A stretch of DNA of 64,000 nucleotides from contig OZ024765.1 of the NCBI GenBank assembly GCA_964016885.1, positions 15,810,001 through 15,874,000 of the forward strand, given 5' to 3'. This document shows, one piece after another, positions 61,123 through 64,000 of this stretch (its first letter is position 1; the number at the start of each line of letters is the position of its first letter). A program made the position numbers and the translations under genes. The notes under the pieces are model-generated. The model worked only from the letters and a program-made list of their open reading frames with translations, ran no database searches and was not told the origin of the DNA. This DNA comes from Eledone cirrhosa (lineage: Eukaryota).

Positions 61123-62258
61123 TATGCATGTATACGTACATACATATATGTATACAGACGTACAGTAGCATGCACATATATATATATATATATACATATA
61201 TACATACATATGCATACAGGTACACATACATATATGCACGTATCAGTTTAGCGGCGCTAACGTCGCTTTGTTCGTTTGTAAACAAACTGAACAGCCTGAA
61301 TTTATGCCATACGGTGTTAAGGCAACCACGTCACCTTTTTGTTCAACACTGACACAGGAACGATGTACTAGTTTCAAGCTTGTTAGCTATCATCAGCACC
61401 GTTTACCCATCTGCCAGATAGTTGAACGTTCGAAAGTATATACTTTCCTTATGAAAATTAACGGCTGAGCAGCCTAATTTGCATATTGAGTGAGTTAAAT
61501 CGGTCAGGCATACCGAAAACGATAAATTGAAACAAAATGAAAACGAAATTTCATTTCTCACTCTTAGTATGGCACTTACTTAAATGTAAGTATGCATGTA
61601 TACGTACATACATATATGTATACAGACGTACAGTAGCATGCACATATATATATATATATATACATATATACATACATATGCATACAGGTACACATACATA
61701 TATGCACGTATCAGTTTAGCGGCGCTTATTATAACGTCGCTTTGTTCGTTTGTAAACAAACTGAACAGCCTGAATTTATGCCATACGTTGTGTTGAACAA
61801 AAAAAAGGTCACGTGGTTGCCTTAACACCGTATGGCATAAATTCAGGCTGTTCAGTTTGTTTACAAACGAACAAAGCGACGTTAGCGCCGCTAAACTGAT
61901 ACGTGCATATATGTATGTGTACCTGTATGCATATGTATGTATATATGTATATATATATATATATATGTGCATGCTACTGTACGTCTGTATACATATATGT
62001 ATGTACGTATACATGCATACTTACATTTAAGTAAGTGCCATACTAAGAGTGAGAAATGAAATTTCGTTTTCATTTTGTTTCAATTTATCGTTTTCGGTAT
62101 GCCTGACCGATTTAACTCACTCAATATGCAAATTAGGCTGCTCAGCCGTTAATTTTCATAAGGAAAGTATATACTTTCGAACGTTCAACTATCTGGCAGA
62201 TGGGTAAACGGTGCTGATGATAGCTAACAAGCTTGAAACTAGTACATCGTTCCTGTGT
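61121..62258. mobile_element. Retrozyme-like 468-bp unit: 1.4 tandem copies (minus) fused head-to-head to 1.0 copy (plus), hammerheads at 61359-61403 (minus) and 62207-62251 (plus)
   Basis: AGTATGCATG at 61121 and 61589. Inversion point about 61788. AACGGTG-CTGATGA-tAGCTaacaAGCTt-GAAA-CTAG-TA-CATCGTT. Confidence 0.88.
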
Positions 62259-62267
62259 ATATATATA

Positions 62268-62457
62268 TAACGGAGGAAATGTGGTAAGGATCCAGGTGGA
62301 CCATAACGCACCAAAGTACTCAATACTTAGGGTAGTAGAGTGGGTAATAGGAACGAGTAGGACCCCACGGCTGAGCTCAAGCCGTTTTGACGGTTAATTC
62401 TGCTCCAGAATTAGCCGTCGAAACGGCTTGAGCTCAGCCGTCGGGGTCCTATTCGTT

Positions 62458-62460
<3 letters not shown>
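62268..62460 (-). mobile_element. Family A fold-back element
   Basis: Arms around AATTCTG-CTC-CAGAATT. TA flanks. Confidence 0.9.
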
Positions 62461-62491
<31 letters not shown>

Positions 62492-62671
62492 AAACGAGTC
62501 ACGTCTCTAAGCTTCACCCACCAAACTGGAAACAAGACATCATTGTCGATGTGTCTTAGACAGGATTTCAGGACTCAAAAACTATTTGAGATTCTCATTC
62601 AAAGAAGGACCAGTAGTACTCGAGTTTCTATGGAGCAGACGACCTTCATATATATACTATACCATATCATA

Positions 62672-62768
62672 TAATTGTTTCTACTTTAGGCACAAGGCCA
62701 GCAAATACCCAGTGCATTACTGGTACTTTATTTTATCGACAAAGTAAGGATGAAAGGCAAAGTCAACC
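62672..62768 (-). mobile_element. 5'-truncated SINE
   Basis: Tail and central domain match 1592. Confidence 0.85.
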
Positions 62769-62869
62769 TAATAGCAGAAAATCTGCCGTTCGGGTGGTTT
62801 TTCACCCCACCGAAGTTGTCCAAGGGAAAGATAATGGCTGATACCGGGTGGCACCAGTGATGTCGCAAC

Positions 62870-63700
62870 TAACCCTATATATACACCCTCTATAATCAAT
62901 ATATACACTCTATACGCAATATACACGCTCTAGACCCTATATATACATGCTCTATACTCTATATATACACCCTCTATAATCAATATATACACTATATACG
63001 CAATATACACGCTCTATACTCTATATATACATGCTCTATACTCTATATATACAACCTCTATACTCTATATATACATGCTCTATACTCTATATACACAACC
63101 TCTATACTCTATATATACATGCTCTATACTCTATATACACAACCTCTATACTCTATATATACATGGTCTATACACTATATATACATGCCCTATACTCTAA
63201 ATATACATGCTCTATACTCTATATATACATGGTCTATACACTATATATACATGCTCTATACACTAAATATACATGCTCTATACTCTATATATATACAACC
63301 TCTATACACTATATATACATGCTCTATACACTAAATATACATGCTCTATACTCTATATATACATGCTCTATACTCTATATATACAATCTCTATACTCTAT
63401 ATATACATGCTCTATACTCTATATATACATGCTCTATACTCTAAATATACATGCTCTATACTCTATATATACAACCTCTATACTCTATATATACATGCTT
63501 TATACTCTATATATACAACCTCTATACTCTATATATACATGCTCTATACACTATATATATACACCCTATACTCAATATATACAATCTATACTCCATATAT
63601 ACAATATATACTCTATATATAGATTATATATTCTATATATATATATATAATTTATACATACACTGTATATTCAATATATACACTATATACTCTATATATA
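62870..63700. repeat. 22-23-bp minisatellite (TATACTCTATATATACATGCTC / ...ACAACCTC)n
   Basis: Visible tandem unit. Confidence 0.9.
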
Positions 63701-63719
63701 CAATATATATGGTGTTGTC

Positions 63720-63908
63720 TAAAGGAAAGGCAATGGCTGATACAGCTTGACGCCATTGACATCACAACTCATTTCTACAGCTGAGGGTACTGAACCAACT
63801 TGAAATAAAGTGTCTTGTTGAAGGAGACAACTCATCGCCTGGACCGAGTCTCAAACTCACAACCTCTTCGATTGCAAGCCCAGTGCTCGAACCACGAAGC
63901 CATGCACA
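63720..63908 (-). mobile_element. Second tRNA-derived SINE family, CORE-like (fragments also ~7300-7385 and ~21890-21980)
   Basis: Minus strand GCATGGCTTCGTGGTT...GTGAGTTTGAGACTC...TTGTCTCCTTCAACAAGACACTTTATTTC...CTCAGCTGTAGAAATGAG. Confidence 0.6.
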
Positions 63909-64000
63909 TTAATACATATCACAATTAAAACACGGCCGCTAATAATATGCAAATAATACGGTGAGTTTTAAGAAAAGATGAAAGAGGGTTTATGCCGATG

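Overview
Non-genic, extremely (TA)n/(CA)n/(CT)n-rich eukaryotic DNA with one 200-N assembly gap (47351-47550). The SINE and LINE repertoire resembles octopod cephalopod repeats; this is recognition from memory, not a database result. No host gene is supportable, and nearly all listed ORFs are microsatellite artefacts. Recognisable content is about 18 tRNA-derived SINE copies, RTE and R4/Dong LINE fragments, a hAT-type MITE with an internal minisatellite, a decayed Penelope-like element (GIY-YIG) and several satellites. The main signal is a dense set of short non-coding elements from about 10 families wedged into (TA)n tracts. They carry about 20 type I hammerhead ribozyme motifs with intact CUGANGA/GAAA/UH cores plus variant cores. 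Many are fold-back palindromes whose breakpoints fall inside the ribozyme and whose short arm ends at a TA microhomology. One is a 468-bp retrozyme-like unit. All structures were read by eye, so catalytic activity is inferred, not shown.
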